DNA of 64,000 nt from IMG/VR virus record IMGVR_UViG_3300043411_000942, positions 1 through 64,000 of that record. One strand, given 5' to 3'. This document shows positions 9,600 to 22,801 of this stretch, in pieces (within the stretch, counting starts at the first letter, position 1; every line of letters begins with the position of its first letter). The notes beneath the pieces were generated by a model that made no database searches, had not been told where the DNA came from, and saw only the letters and a list, made by a program, of their open reading frames with translations. A program made the translations under genes and the position numbers.

Positions 9600-10013
9600 T
9601 CATCCGTCTTCGTTGGGAACTATGGGTTCATTCCACCCGTAGTGGTCGTGCCAACATTCTAGTACCTCACTAAACGACTCAGGAGGTACAATATCATCAA
9701 GGGCATAGTAACTCATTACGTCGCTTGAAAGGGCGTTGTAATTGAGGCCAACGGATGGCTTACCCCAAGCATAAGCCATTCCCACCTCTGCCGTAAGGTC
9801 TTTGCCGTAGTCTAGTAGAACCGCAACGAAGAAAAGAGAGGATCGGATCAACTCGACATTACGTTGAAATATGCCTTGCTCAGTTAAGGTTTGATCCGTG
9901 TGAGTTATCGCGGATACAGCCTCAAACCCCGCCTCAGTAGCCTGCTTCAGTAGCGCTCTAGTGACGGTTGCATGCTTATTTGGAGAGCAGATATACACTC
10001 GTGGGAGTGTCAT
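9600..10013 (-). CDS. Nucleoside 2-deoxyribosyltransferase-like protein
   Basis: VYICSP...ELIRSS.FFVAVL...TAEVGMAYAWGKP pattern. Confidence 0.75.
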   Translation of the reverse strand: MTLPRVYICSPNKHATVTRALLKQATEAGFEAVSAITHTDQTLTEQGIFQRNVELIRSSLFFVAVLLDYGKDLTAEVGMAYAWGKPSVGLNYNALSSDVMSYYALDDIVPPESFSEVLECWHDHYGWNEPIVPNEDG

Positions 10014-12983
10014 GGTTTCGGCTCCTTCTTGCAGATCGAAAACCGAAGCGTGGTGATGTCATACCCGCGCTCCTCTAGTTCGGCGACGAACGACTTGTCA
10101 TAGGCAATGAATCGTTCACCGTTGTCACGGTAGTCCACATGTGGGCGCTCGGCGCAAAGCACGCTGTACAAGAGGTGCCCATTCGCCTTGTGGTCGGGAT
10201 GGTGAAATACAAGGTCCTTCTCCCGCTTGCTCCAGGATGCCTTGAGTGTGTTAGCGTTGGTTCGTTTCATGCTGGCCTCGCCGCCGTCAAGGTCAAACCC
10301 TCACGAAGCGCAGCATTGACTATCACGCCTATGGCGGACCAGATAGGATCGTTGTCGTCAGTGTTGATCGTTGCCACGTACATCGAATGCCACCCTTCAA
10401 CATCGTCGAATGTTGGAGCACAGTCCGTGGTAAGGGCGAGAAGTTCTTCCTCAACGCCATACTCAGTCAGGTTTCCAAATAGGCGACACCCACACGTTGC
10501 GCAATATGGTGGAGAGTCGTGGTCAGTGTCAAACCCCCCATCCACCGATATGTCAGCTAGTTTTGATTCGACCGGGAACGCCGCCAAAATCTCAGCAACC
10601 TTCGCCTCACAACACCCCAAACAGAAGTTGTCCGACCCAGAGCAATTGATGTTGCGCAATTCGCTGGCTCCATGAACCCAGTATGCGTCCCTCGATTCGA
10701 TCGCAAGAGATGCTCGCTCAGAGATGAAGCTGCGCACGCTATCTAAGTCTAGCTGTGTCATATCAGGTCCACTACAGTGCAAGTACCAGCCTCAGTGTCA
10801 ATCACGACAGTTAGGTACTCACCGTATTGAAACCACTTTGCAAGTAACTTCGAGGTTTTCTGTCGTTTTAGCTCAAGTAGAGCTGCGACCTCTTCTGGGT
10901 CAGAAACCCCACTGGACTCTACTTCACACTTGGAAACACTCTGGATAGCCTCATAGACAGCATCCGGGTCTTTCAGGGTCACGCTGAATCTCATTACCTA
11001 TAGTCCCTTCGCCTAAGTGGCTTACCTACACGAACCTTGTGCCCTACTGTCTTGTCCTCTTCCCTAGGAAGAACCGTAACGCAAACGGGTCGAGACTTAC
11101 CGCCATCCCGACGCATGACGAATATTACCCCAGAGGTACTTACCCACTGCTCATCCCCAGTGAGAGTTTTCTCTCGGATAGGGGTAGCGGTCTTAGCCTC
11201 TTCCGTCAGGTAAGCTATTGCCCTCTCCAAGGGTTCGCTGCGGAGGTGACGTTCGGCATACCGCTCAAAGGCATGATTCGTTACCACGAAGGGGAGACGG
11301 TAGTGGCAAAGGAGCTTTACAATAGCTAGCCCTCTTTCCTCTTTTTGCCGCCTGACTTCCTCTCGGGTCTTCGTGTAACGTGGGGATACCCTTAAGTCTT
11401 TAGCTAACTTAAGGTTGTTGCGACCAGCAGCTGTTTGCGCGGTAAGTATGCTAAGACACGCCTCTTGGGTCCTACCCTCTTTAGCTGCCAGAGCACATAG
11501 AAGGTCGACCTCGTCTTGAGTAAGGTCCCTAAGGCAAGCCTCTTTTACCAGTTCGTCGAGAGTCATGACTTGACTGAGTTTTCATTTTGAATAAGACGTT
11601 TGTAGGTTAGTGTAGGTGTGAAAAGAGTTGACACACATCAGAGCCCTGAACCTCACGTCGAATGTCTAGACCCCGCATGTTGTGCATGTGAGTGCGCAAC
11701 ATGCAAACGTGAGTGGTTTGCAGCGAATCGACCTAACCCGAGGGATTGCTTTACGCACAACCCCCCAAAGTCAAGGTTTGATCGAATCTAGTACATACAC
11801 TTTGGAGTCTGCCGACACAACGTTCGCATACCTCCAGGATTTTGCTCTCGCCAGGCCTCAGTTACAGCAGGGTCATATCCCCCACAGCAAGCACATGGAA
11901 GGGAGTCTGACTTTGTAGACAAAGTTCGGTATCGCAGCTTCTTGATAGCTGTAAACCATCGACTATTCAGGTTAGTCGTCTTAGGGTCAGACTTCACCTT
12001 ACGTGCATAGGCGGCTCTTAGTAGAGCTAAGCCATCTTCGGAATTCTCTTCAACCGCCAACCAGAGTGCCAACTGACAGGCATCGTTCGCTTGCTGGCGC
12101 TCCCAAAACACCTCTGTGAACTCAGAGCCCGATGGCTCACAACTCCTTATCCCGTTCTCATCTGGATGGTGCTCCATCCCGCACAAGTGGCAACCAAAGT
12201 CAATCCGCGTTAGTTCCTCAGGTGTGAGCATAGACCTCAAGTAGGATAAGGGGTATAGGGGGATTATCCCTCGACAGAGAGGCCTGCCGAGGCGAGGATG
12301 CGACGGGCTGCCTCGTAGGTGTCCCCACGAATACTACCGCTCACCTCCCACGTCGCAAGCATGTCCTTTAGCACCTTCACAGCTTCGGCATCACGCCTGT
12401 CTCGATTGACAAGAGTAGTAACCGCGTCTTTTGCCTCCTCAGGTCGAACTCCAAGTAGGTCCCCTATGCGATGCAGGTCTATTTGTGACCTGTCTCTTTG
12501 ACTTGCTGTTTCCTCAGCAGACTGGCGTAGAGTCTCATAGTACAACTTAAGGAGGGCTAGCTCATTCTCAGCTTTCTCCGCTCTTTTTAGAGCGTCATTA
12601 CCCTTTTCACGTAGCGCCTCATGGGTAAGACCCCGAGGGTTGAACGCTCCGATGCCAATTCTCTCAAAGACTAGACGTAGCTTACGAATCTCTCCGTCAG
12701 CAGGTCCAATACCTGGAGGAAGCCCAAGCTCAGCACTGATACGTGCAAGGTCTGCTTTAAGGTTTTCCAAGTCCACCTTTTCAGGAGAGATTCGATTTGC
12801 TAGATGCTCCGCGTAGCTAGCCAGCCACCCATTGGAGTACAGCGTTTCCTTGTCTGGAGTAGCCCCTTTTACTAGTTCTTCCACTACTCCACAAGGCAGA
12901 TGGTCCCGCATCAACGAGTACAGGAAGCTTACAAGCCTGCTTGTAGACCTCACTTCCCCACTCACTTCTCGAATGTCACTCAT
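10010..12983 (-). CDS. Run of hypothetical genes (10010-10270, 10267-10761, 10758-10994, 10994-11566, 11788-12231, 12264-12983)
   Basis: Co-oriented ORFs, many with overlapping stop/start codons. 10994-11566 has a T.HA.ER..ER motif (DUF4258/RelE-like, tentative). Confidence 0.6.
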
Positions 12984-13443
12984 CGAATTCCCCAAGGTTG
13001 TAGTCCGGGTCGAAGTCCACAACCTCCATGGCCCAGTAAGAAGGGCACTTTCGATTGCGAATTTGGACATCCATTTGATAGATGGTCGTGTCAGGCACCT
13101 TGTGGATGTTACGCTTGATTGCTGTCTTTGGGTTGCACAGAATCGTAACAGCCTTCGCCTCATATCCGAATGCAGCTGCGGCTTGCATGTAAGGAGCCAA
13201 CTCGGCCACATCAGTGTTGGTGTTGTCTACCACCACACACTCCACCCCAGCCTGGAGAGACTCAATGAAGTTTCTGAAACATGCGTTATGAGCTTGCCCG
13301 ATTTGAAGAGGATCAAATCGATACTCCCCTCCCACCATGAAAAAGTCGTCAGCTGAAACCACCTTAGCGGTTGGCCACATCGTTTTCGCCACCGTGGACT
13401 TACCCGAACCTGGAATCCCGCAAAGAACAAAAACCTGCTTCAT
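12976..13443 (-). CDS. P-loop kinase (AAA_33 / polynucleotide-kinase-like)
   Basis: GIPGSGKST, SADDFF, VVVDNTN and RNIHKVP. Confidence 0.85.
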   Translation of the reverse strand: MKQVFVLCGIPGSGKSTVAKTMWPTAKVVSADDFFMVGGEYRFDPLQIGQAHNACFRNFIESLQAGVECVVVDNTNTDVAELAPYMQAAAAFGYEAKAVTILCNPKTAIKRNIHKVPDTTIYQMDVQIRNRKCPSYWAMEVVDFDPDYNLGEFDE

Positions 13444-13450
13444 TTCAACC

Positions 13451-14466
13451 TTACTTACTTACTACTTGAGTGTTCGCTGCCAAGAATCGACGCCTGAGAT
13501 ACTTCATTGGAGCTGGGTACATACTTGGGTCCATGAGATACCACATTGGGTAGGTGCATATCTCCAATACGAGAACATCCCGCCATTGGCCCGTGTCCTC
13601 CATGGCATTCCAGATCTTACCACGCTTACTCCACTCTCGATTGGAGATTCTAGAGGGCCTGTCGGATTGGTTTTGATAGTGGAAGTCTACTAGTCGTGGG
13701 TCTCTCGACAGAAACGAGAGCACCCCCCTGGACCCCATACCTTGATAAGGTATGACGTAGATCCCACCCTCAAACTGGCGTACCCCGATACTGAGATCGA
13801 AGTCACACACATCGTTTAGCGAGGAGCTAGACGCAGCCTTGTACCCATTTCGGAGTATGGTACTAGCTTCACTGAGTCTAGCAAAGAATTCGCTGTGCTG
13901 GAGTCTATTTTGCTTGTAGGCCGCATAGTCAACGGATGTACTCTCAACGGCCCCGTCTCCAGATAGGATTCGTCGAAGGTACCAATCACGCAACCGTTTC
14001 TGTAGGTTACGAGTAGCCTTTAGCCTCGTATCGTGAATAAACGGCCACAGGTCCTTCGACGACTTAAGCTTGTAGGCTGTGTAAATCTTGGTGCTCATTT
14101 GTCTTCGAGTACCCTAGTGCCTTGAGCAAGTTGGTGGGGGGTATTATCTACCAGGTAGTCAACCAGTGCGTGCATAGCATCCGATACACCACCCGTTATG
14201 TGAGCACGGCCTAGAAATTGATCGTCGACCCGATCGTAGGTAGGTACTCTCCCACCACTTACAGTGGATACCGAGCGCTGCCATCTCTCCAGTGTTGCCC
14301 CTCTATCGGAGATGCGCAGGTGCACCCAACGTCCGCTTGTATGGTGCGCCTGCACATCTACTCGTCTAGCAACCGAGTCAACCTCTACCGAGCGCAGCTC
14401 CCATCCAAGCCTAGCGAGTTGGACAGTTGGAGGGGCAAGTTGCGCTGCTAGCTCAGTTGAGGTCAT
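13451..14466 (-). CDS. Two hypothetical proteins (13451-14098, 14095-14466)
   Basis: Coupled ORFs. Confidence 0.65.
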
Positions 14467-14477
14467 TCGTTAAGCGC

Positions 14478-14894
14478 TTACTCTACGCTCAGGACCGTGA
14501 CAGAAAACCCAGCCTTCTTAGCCTTGTAGGCCAGATCCCGGCTTCGGGTTGCGTTGTAAGTCTTTCCCCCAAAGGTAGCCGTAAATCCACCTCCAACACG
14601 GTTCCTGATGAACACGGTACCCTTGGTCGCCTGAGTAGACGCAGCAGGGGCCTTGGGTGCCGCCTTCGGCTTAAAGGTGGCCTTAGGTTTGCTTTCAGAC
14701 ACATACGCAGTGTACGTGGTTTGCTTGGGAGCCGCCTTGACCTTGGCCTTGCGAGCCTTGACCTTGGAAGCCTTGGCTGGGGCTGGGGTTGCCAGAGCAT
14801 ACAACTCCGTCAGAGGGACCTTTCGGATCTCAGAGAGGAGAGCAGTGGCAAACGACATGGCAATGGCTTTGATGGAGGCTTCGAGATTCGTCAT
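14478..14894 (-). CDS. Lys/Ala-rich basic, histone-H1-like putative DNA-binding protein
   Basis: KASKVKARKAKVKAAPK..KPKAAPKAPAA low-complexity basic core. Confidence 0.55.
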   Translation of the reverse strand: MTNLEASIKAIAMSFATALLSEIRKVPLTELYALATPAPAKASKVKARKAKVKAAPKQTTYTAYVSESKPKATFKPKAAPKAPAASTQATKGTVFIRNRVGGGFTATFGGKTYNATRSRDLAYKAKKAGFSVTVLSVE

Positions 14895-15645
14895 GATTTT
14901 CTCTTACTTGGGGGTAAATGGTAGGAGTTTCTCTTTGAGAGTCTACCGTAGGTGTTCAGTATCTTAGCTAGTTACCGCTTTTCCGTCAACAACTTTCTCA
15001 GACCAGTTAAGTTTGGGCTCGTCCTTACAGGTGAATGTGTGCATCTCGTACCCTTGGAAGTACTTGATGATGAACGTACACCCACCTACGGAGCACACGA
15101 ACGGCTTCATGGCCGTCCTTTCGGGAAGTAGTGGCGAAGAGCCATGACGTCTACCCCAAAGTGTCTGGCGGCATCATCATAAGCGGCACGCTCACAAGCT
15201 AGTGAGTCCTGAGACTTGGGAGGGTTTTTCTCCTCCACACATTCCGTCTGCTTATTTTTCTCTGTCATGCTCGACCCTACGTAGAGGACTACACCGAGCT
15301 TAAGGTAATTTTGTTGGGATGGGCGCACTGACGCAAGAAATAAGCTCTCGTTGAGCCTTGACCCAATCCTCCTTACTAGTACTCTCGCAAGAAAGCCTCT
15401 GGACGAGACTCTGCAACTTGTATCGCAAGTCTCCCTTGTGCCTGTAGAAGCAGTAGTCTTCTATAGTGCCCGTAGGCATCGTGGATACGACCAGTATCTA
15501 GCTTGTACTGGCTTCGTCCTACAGTAAAGTACTGCCTGCCTACCTTGGTGACGACTTCTTTCCGATCGTCTAGACGGTTAACATCCACGATAACAACGGT
15601 GGTCCCTACGCTTACCTTCAACATGCTCACCTTTACTTCACCGGT

Positions 15646-15708
15646 TACGTACGCTGGGGTGAGAAATTTAACGAAAAAGACGTTAAGGGTTGGGAGCCAC
15701 GCTACGTT
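15646..15708. promoter_or_regulatory. Back-to-back divergent pair of TTAA-N18-CGT(A/T) promoters
   Basis: Minus strand: TTAA 15671-15668, CGTA 15649-15646. Plus strand: TTAA 15683, CGTT 15705, ATG 15718 (9 nt). Confidence 0.75.
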
Positions 15709-15993
15709 ATAGAAGGCATGGCAGTCTTCCGAAAGAATATGCAGGGCGATTGGGTGGTCCTTGGGGCATCTGACGAGGTGGTCCCTGGGACCTTCTGTCA
15801 GGTCTTCAAGAGGGATGGGAGCGCCCGTCACATCTTTATCACTGGGGTGGGAGCACCTTTCGATGTGTCTGGCACCTCCATGGTGTATGGTTACATCGGA
15901 ACGGCTCCTCGCACGGAGCGAAAGACATCTCGGAGCGAGTCTCCGAGGGAAGAAAACTTCGAGATGACATGGTAGGACCCATGAAAAAAGAAT

Positions 15994-16305
15994 GTGACTC
16001 AAATGGGCTGGGCTGACTTCTACATTGCAAAGCTACAGTCGGGGGAGGTAGTTAGCTTCCGCCCCCGAGGTAACTCTATGCAAGGCAGAATCGAGTCAGG
16101 TCAACTTGTAACTCTAGAGCCACCAACGCACCCTGTAGAAGCAGGCTGTATTGTCTTGTGTAAGGTAGCTGGAGCCCAGTACTTACACTTGGTTTTGGCG
16201 GTAGGTGCGGATGGTCGTTACAAGATCGGTAACAATAAGGGTCGTGTGAATGGGTGGTGCACGCCATCCCAAGTGTACGGAATTCTTACTAAAGTTGAGG
16301 CTTGA
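15994..16305 (+). CDS. S24/S26 peptidase-like small protein
   Basis: FRPRGNSM..RIESGQLV...LHLV...GNNKGRVNGW. Confidence 0.65.
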   Translation: MTQMGWADFYIAKLQSGEVVSFRPRGNSMQGRIESGQLVTLEPPTHPVEAGCIVLCKVAGAQYLHLVLAVGADGRYKIGNNKGRVNGWCTPSQVYGILTKVEA

Positions 16306-18095
16306 GTGACAGGTAACATGAAGACAGATACCGTTTTGGACCTCCAGTCGTGGGCCAATGCCAATGAGCCGGGCAAGGAGATGTTCTACGCCCAAGGTTT
16401 TTGGAATCAAGTCATGTTCTTACGGGACGATGTTGCGGGAGTACTGAGTTCTGGCTCGAACATCTACCCGAAGATCGAGGGTAGGGTAATCTCCCAACAC
16501 AGGTCGAAGTCTGTAAACCTACCCGTCGTGGCTTTTGTCCGCCCCGACCTGGAGTTGCGGATTGTCCTGCGAAACAACTTCTACAACTGGAAGATGAGCG
16601 TCAGCTCGAAAGCCCCCATCGAAGCTGACTTCACTGGCTTGTTCATCGAGTCGCCCCCGTTGGAGCCTGATTACACTGGGGACAACCTTTCCAGCGTATA
16701 CTTCGAGGGGTTCCCACACGAGGAAATCTTCGGGTACCGAAAGTCCAACTCTCTCAAGTGGAGTGCGGAGATTCACGGCAACTTTGACCTGATGACAACT
16801 CTGTTCCTCATCATGCGAGGGCTGGGTCAGGTGAAGCCTCTCGTGTATAACACAAGAGCTACGCACAAGATTCAGCTAGAGGAGGATGGTAAACGTCTTG
16901 ACAAGTACTTGGCTGAGGCAAGAGCCAAACGAGAAGCCCAAACATGAGTCAACAGTACACCTACATTGGGCCATACCTAGAGTATACAGTCAAGGACCAC
17001 GAGAGGGGACCTGGTCATGATGTCTATGCACACCGCCTTAAACGGTTAGAGTTACTGGGATCGCACATTTACATCCCCAACGTCACCAAGGTAGAGCTTC
17101 CTGGTCAAACGTTTTCTTTCCGAGGAGAGGTCTGCTCTGGGTCTAGTCCAATTGCTGTTGACATGGCTTCAGCAAGCGTAGAGATTGTAAGCTTTTACGC
17201 TTGCTTTCAACGAGAAATTTTCTGCCTAAACGACTTCTACGATATACAAGAGGGTGATGCCCATTTCATACAGTGGGGAGCTGTTGTAAGTTGGCGGTAG
17301 GTGACATCTAAAGGAGAGGTGAACGATATGGCGAAGATTACGGACGAAGACCTAGGTAAGCTGGAGAACACGAAAAGCGACGTGGAGTGGGACGCGGTAT
17401 GCGACGCGATCAAGAAGAAGTATGGAGGCTACCCGGAGAACTGGTACCCCAAGGTGATCCTGAGCGGCTTCGCTGCGCGCGTAGCGGCAAAGTGGGGCGG
17501 TAGTGCAGAGATTCACGTCGTTCCGTTACTACAGGTGAAGCCGTGAGTGAAGGATATGCAGAAGAGAATGAGATCTTCGAGATCTGCAAGAAAGAGGCTC
17601 GTCTAAGGCAAGCCTTGGAGGCCAAGCAGCTTGAGCGTCAAGCAGAGCTGATTGGCCAACACCTAGAGAAATACCTTGATCGAAAGCTCGCCAGCTCTCA
17701 TTGCGAACCCACACACTTAATGGAAATCAGGCGTCTTCGAGCACTCTGCATTGAGGCAGCCGATCTGCTAACCACCTTCCGGGTGAACTCTGATCAACTA
17801 TGTAGACCCTGGGAGCATGGTGGTGTGGACCTTGTAACTCGGCTACGAGAGGCAGGTAAGCCACATGGCTAAGACGGATATTGAAATCGACCCTGGATAT
17901 GGGGATGGTACCCATATCCAGTGGCTTGTCGTTCACTCCTCTGAGACCCCTGAGACTCAGCTAGTGCATATCTCATGTGAGCACACGGATAGTCTTGGAA
18001 GGCGTGTGCGAGATGCGGATCAAGGGGTGACGTTTGAGACCAAGCACTTGGCCAAAGTCATTGAGGCCCTTACTCTCATGCAAGCTAGCACCTAG
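16306..18095 (+). CDS. Operon of hypothetical proteins (16306-16947, 16944-17300, 17328-17546, 17543-17872, 17865-18095)
   Basis: Translationally coupled ORFs. Confidence 0.65.
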
Positions 18096-18942
18096 TGAGG
18101 ACCTCGAAGAGGCGCTCACGGTTGACGTTGATCGAAATCTGGACGGAACTTCCAGGGCTCAACTTTGAGCCCCATTCGCCCTTACTTCGATAGACCTCAA
18201 CCTCCCTAAATTCACATACGGAGGGGTCGATAGCTACAGCTAGAGCTAAAGGGTCATGAATAAGCTTACCTTCAGGCTTATTCTTGAGATAGTGGGTCAT
18301 ACCCTCATAGGCTAGCCTGACCCCAGCGGTCACCTTTGGAAGGGAGGCTACTCTAGAGTGGAATGCTTCGTCCCAACATACTCCATGACACACATTTTTT
18401 GACACGAGTAGGGCTGGCATCCCAGAAGCAAGAAGCTGCTCAGCCTCCCGTGGGGACCCATTAAAGTTGAACGTGGGGCAGGTGGCCTTACCATCGAACT
18501 TTTTCAGCCTGAACTCTGGAGGTACAACAGGATCCCCAGCAAAGCCTCCTTGACCTACCCACCTACGAAATCGAAGCTCGTCCACGATGCCCTTGACATT
18601 CTTCAAAGGGCCTCCTGTAAGAAGCGTTACATTGGAGCCGATTTTGGAGTTAGCGAGCAGTAGGGCTTGTGCTGTTGTTCGCATCGAGGCAGAGTGCGCA
18701 CCTAGCCACTTATCGTGGAAGCCAGATACAGATGGCTTCTCTCTCGATGGATCGCCTCCAACAAGAACCTCTGACTTCCCTAGTCGAGCAAGTACATGCT
18801 CGACTAGACCCACTTGGTCCTTTCCTCCAGGAGTGACCGTCACACCTATCAGATTGACCTCTGGGTGGGTTGCTGCGATGGCTAGAGTGAGGATGTCATC
18901 GGGGTCTTGAGTCTCACAGTCGAAGTGTAGGTCCATGGTCAC
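18085..18942 (-). CDS. Nucleoside hydrolase (IU-NH family)
   Basis: N-terminal DCETQDPDD Asp cluster, TGGPLKN, FNF and HDPLA. Confidence 0.85.
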   Translation of the reverse strand: MTMDLHFDCETQDPDDILTLAIAATHPEVNLIGVTVTPGGKDQVGLVEHVLARLGKSEVLVGGDPSREKPSVSGFHDKWLGAHSASMRTTAQALLLANSKIGSNVTLLTGGPLKNVKGIVDELRFRRWVGQGGFAGDPVVPPEFRLKKFDGKATCPTFNFNGSPREAEQLLASGMPALLVSKNVCHGVCWDEAFHSRVASLPKVTAGVRLAYEGMTHYLKNKPEGKLIHDPLALAVAIDPSVCEFREVEVYRSKGEWGSKLSPGSSVQISINVNRERLFEVLTRC

Positions 18943-19327
18943 AATCCAAGTACTTTGGTGAACCCTTTGATGGGTTTGGTAGTGAGAGCAGTAAAGAGAC
19001 CAGGAACGGAGGTGCCTCTAGGTGAGACCTTTACTGCGAAAAGGTAGGCCTGGCTTGTACCTAAAGTGAAAGTGAATGGCCAAGCTCCATCTACTTTGGA
19101 GTAGCCAAGACTTTCGACCATTGAAGCCGCCTCACGGAGAATAAAGGCTTCAGGATTTGCAACCTCCATATCGACTAGAACCCCACACTCTCGCCAAAGT
19201 CTACCTAATTCAGATGCTATGTGGGCAAAGATTGCCTTTGGGTCTGTCTCTGTGGGGTTGGATTCCAACTTAGCGGTAGTCGGAATCATTATCACTAAGT
19301 AGTCCCCCATCATTACGTACCCATTCA

Positions 19328-20086
19328 TCACGTACCTCCTGTCATCTCAGACCAACGTGCGGATAGCATTCGAGCGTAATCCGCTGGCTTCAGCCCATAG
19401 TGCCCAAAAGAGTACCCTTCGTTACGCTCTACGAGCAGGGTAAGGCCATCGGAGGTTACCCCCCAATCACAACAGTAGGCAATGGGTGCCCCTGCTTCTT
19501 GATGAGCTGCTGTAGCTTGCTCGATAAGAAGTCTGTCAGGGGCTTTCGACCAATCCCCACGATACAGACGAACATCTAGAATATGTCCTTGCAAGATGAA
19601 TGCTCGGTATTCAGCTACAAACTGCACTGGAGTTGACGTCCAAAGCAGAGTGTCATCGGGCACGGTTACGGTCCTAGCTCTAGACTCCACATCTCCAACC
19701 CAAAGCAGGCCTGTAAAGAGCTTGTGCTCCTTCGGCTTGATGAAGATAGGCTCAATACTGGAACGAACTTCGAACATGGTTGCCGTACCAAGAGTACGCC
19801 CTAAGTAGGGTTGTAGTTCCTCTGGATAGTCCACGTTTTCCGGTGGGGTCTTACCCATGGCTTTGAGTCCTGCGTGGACGTCTCCAATGAACCCAGCGAC
19901 TCCTACTGTAGGGCTTAGGTCCAACTTTTCAGCAAGATCGTCGACCCAGTAGAAGGGTTTCGTTTCTACCCCATGCGTCCACATGCCCCTACGAGCATAG
20001 TCGCACAACTCGCCATCGGGAAACTCTTCTCGATACCGAACGTAGAAGGCAGTGGCTTCAATGTTACCTAAGGTAGGATACGACAT
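19328..20086 (-). CDS. ATP-grasp domain protein (R2K/DUF4343-like)
   Basis: IFIKP..HKLFTG, EYRAFI and DWGVT..G.TLLVERN. Confidence 0.75.
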   Translation of the reverse strand: MSYPTLGNIEATAFYVRYREEFPDGELCDYARRGMWTHGVETKPFYWVDDLAEKLDLSPTVGVAGFIGDVHAGLKAMGKTPPENVDYPEELQPYLGRTLGTATMFEVRSSIEPIFIKPKEHKLFTGLLWVGDVESRARTVTVPDDTLLWTSTPVQFVAEYRAFILQGHILDVRLYRGDWSKAPDRLLIEQATAAHQEAGAPIAYCCDWGVTSDGLTLLVERNEGYSFGHYGLKPADYARMLSARWSEMTGGT

Positions 20087-22798
20087 AGGCTAGCCCTCTA
20101 CGAACATACAGGTGCGGGACATTGTCCCTATCTACAACAAGCTCCCAATCCCCCTTGGGGTTGGACTTCACCGTTCGCTCCTTACGCACACCTTCATCCC
20201 AATCCATCTTAGGTTGTGGCAAAGCCAACGCGGAAACTGGGAACTTACGATGCAAGTCGATTGCATCCAAGTTGTAGCTACGAACTGCCTTTAGGCAGGC
20301 TTTGAGCTTACGATCCAAGCTCATCTTTTTGTAGGCCTTTGGCGCCCAGCAGTATGCTCGGCAAAGGTCGTCGTCGATAGTATACCCCTTTACGATGATG
20401 GCTTGCTGTAACAACCTAGCTAGCTCTATGTCTAGTGGCGGGCTCAAAAGTCCCTGAAGTGAGGGGGCTAGACAAGTCAACTCACAGAACAACCTACGAA
20501 GCTCTTGAGTAAGTTGTGGCCTCCACTGGTAGTCCCCCCAGTATCGACGTTCTAGCTTGGTTGGGTCGCAAATTCCACTAGGAGTTTCAGCTAGCTTCGT
20601 CAACTCAGCTAGAGTCTCAAAGCAGGCGTTAAGCTGTAAGCTAAGGAATTGGCCAGTAGTGAGCTGCATGCTGACAAGTTGGTCTGTAAGTGAGCGGGGC
20701 ATTATCTTTCTCCGTACTTCTCTTCAATGTAGTGGGACAGGTACACACCAATGACTACCCCTACAGCGACTAGTCGATCCAAGGAAACCAAACCGCTTGA
20801 GAGTAGATGGACTGACATCCCCAACACAAATATGGTCAACGTGGATAGGAACCCAGCAAGGAGTAACCCCCAGAAAGCATTAGTAGCTGGGGTTCCCCTC
20901 ATAGTGCATCCAAACTAGCTGCTATATCAAGTAGACGCTTACATCGTACGCAGGTAACGTTAGCTATTTTGCCACTGTGAGCCCCCCTGGCCTCAATCCG
21001 GTCCCTATCTCGACCATTTAGACAAGCAGACCGCCCCTTCTCATGCAGACCACACCTAATGACAGATAGCTCGCCAGAGTAGTGGACGACTAGCTTTGGT
21101 GGCTTTTCTCTTCTCTGCCACTCCGCGTCCCACTCGAACTCCAAGAGCTTATTGACCGCCTCAATATGGGCTATCAATGCTCTTTTCCTATCTCCAGATA
21201 GAAGAGCTTTTGACGCTGCTAAGACCTCAACGATAGCCTTTGCGTGAGCTTGAGCCCTGCGGGAATTCTTGACCCACTCCCCGTACACCTCAGGGCGATA
21301 GACCTGAACAGGGTCGTTCATGTCAAAGTTGGTATGATTTGCTTCGTATTTGTATGGGTCGGTCATGGTTTCCCCAGCTTGAAATCCAGTCCAGCCTTTG
21401 CCAGGCGATCCCGCCACGAATTATCTCTGCCTTGACATCGGATAATGGTTTTCGTACAGCGGTCCTTGACTGGAATGCTCCTTCCGTTGTGGTACATCTT
21501 GCACTCGCACCCCTCGAAGGACTCCCAGATCGCTTTGCGAAGGGCCTTCTCTTCTCTAGTCATGGGAAGTTCTTTCCGCTAAACGCCACCAAATTTTGGG
21601 TTACGCTATCAGAAGTTGGAGGGTCCCCCAGTGTGTTACGGCATCGTTCAATGAAGTCCCGTTCTTCTTGCGCTTCCTCTTTGTCAAGGTCGCCAGATTC
21701 CTCGCTCGCCTCTACCGCCATGTCTAGGTGTGTGCATGCCTCTCGCAGCGACGCTTTCAGCTTTTCCACCTCCGCCTCAGCAGCAAGCACCATGGGTCCG
21801 AGCCTCTGAATAAGCTCCTCATCCATGAGAGTGCGAGCCTCCGCAGCCTGAAGCCGCGCGGAGATCTTTACATTCTCGGCAAGAAGGTCCCTCACATCAT
21901 CTAGGACCTGGATCGTGAGACAGTCACGAGAGTCCATAATCCCGTTAGCCCACGCCATGTTTCGCAGTCGTTCCCTTGAATCTTCTGTTGTCTTCATGGT
22001 GCCGGATGTGCAATTGGAGTATTTGGCTTCTTTCGGATTCCGTAAGTGGTGCGCTTACGGTTCCCATGGTTGGCTACCCCCCAGCCATCGAGATCTCTAC
22101 GGACCCAAGCTTTCAGCTCAGCCACAATGAGCTTAGCTTCACGCTTGTAAGCTGCGAGGTCTAGGACCATCCCATTTACTTCGATAGGCTCAGCTTCACA
22201 GGTTTCCACTTGGGCCTTTGTTCCCCATCCCACGGATAGCTCCTTGAGTGCTTTCTCACACATAGCTACTCTCGCAGATAGAGTCCGATTACGAAACTTC
22301 ATGGCCATTGCTAGCACACCAGGGACCCCAGGAGGCCACTGCTCTCTGGTAAACCGAGAGGCGCTCATGGAGCCCATCAAACTTTCAGGGGTGACCACCT
22401 TGTTCTTCTTTCGCAAGGTAGTCGCCCGATACTTAAGTAGCTCAAGTAGAGTCATCTAGTCACTCGCCTTTCGTAAATTCGGTAATGATTCTCGTAGGCC
22501 AGTCCACACTCCAATCATACCGATTGACACAGAGTCTATGGATCTCAGTCACTAGCTCTAGTTCTTTTTCTCCCCAATTGCAGGTGCTCCCGTAAAGTAC
22601 GTAATCGTGAGCCACTGGCTCGACCTTATAGCCCACAGCTGGAGAGGTAATTTGCTCTCGTACTATACCATAGGAGAAGGGTAGTGTGCCTCCTTCCCCT
22701 TTGTTAACATCTACGAATCGAATCAGGTCCCCAGGCTTGAACTTGAACTTGATACCCCCTGCCCAAATGAGCAGACCCCTCATCTCATCTTCTGTCAT
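20064..22798 (-). CDS. Run of hypothetical genes
   Basis: Coupled ORFs 20064-20702, 20702-20902, 20899-21366, 21363-21563, 21560-21997, 21994-22455 and 22460-22798. Confidence 0.6.
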
Positions 22799-22801
22799 GC
22801 T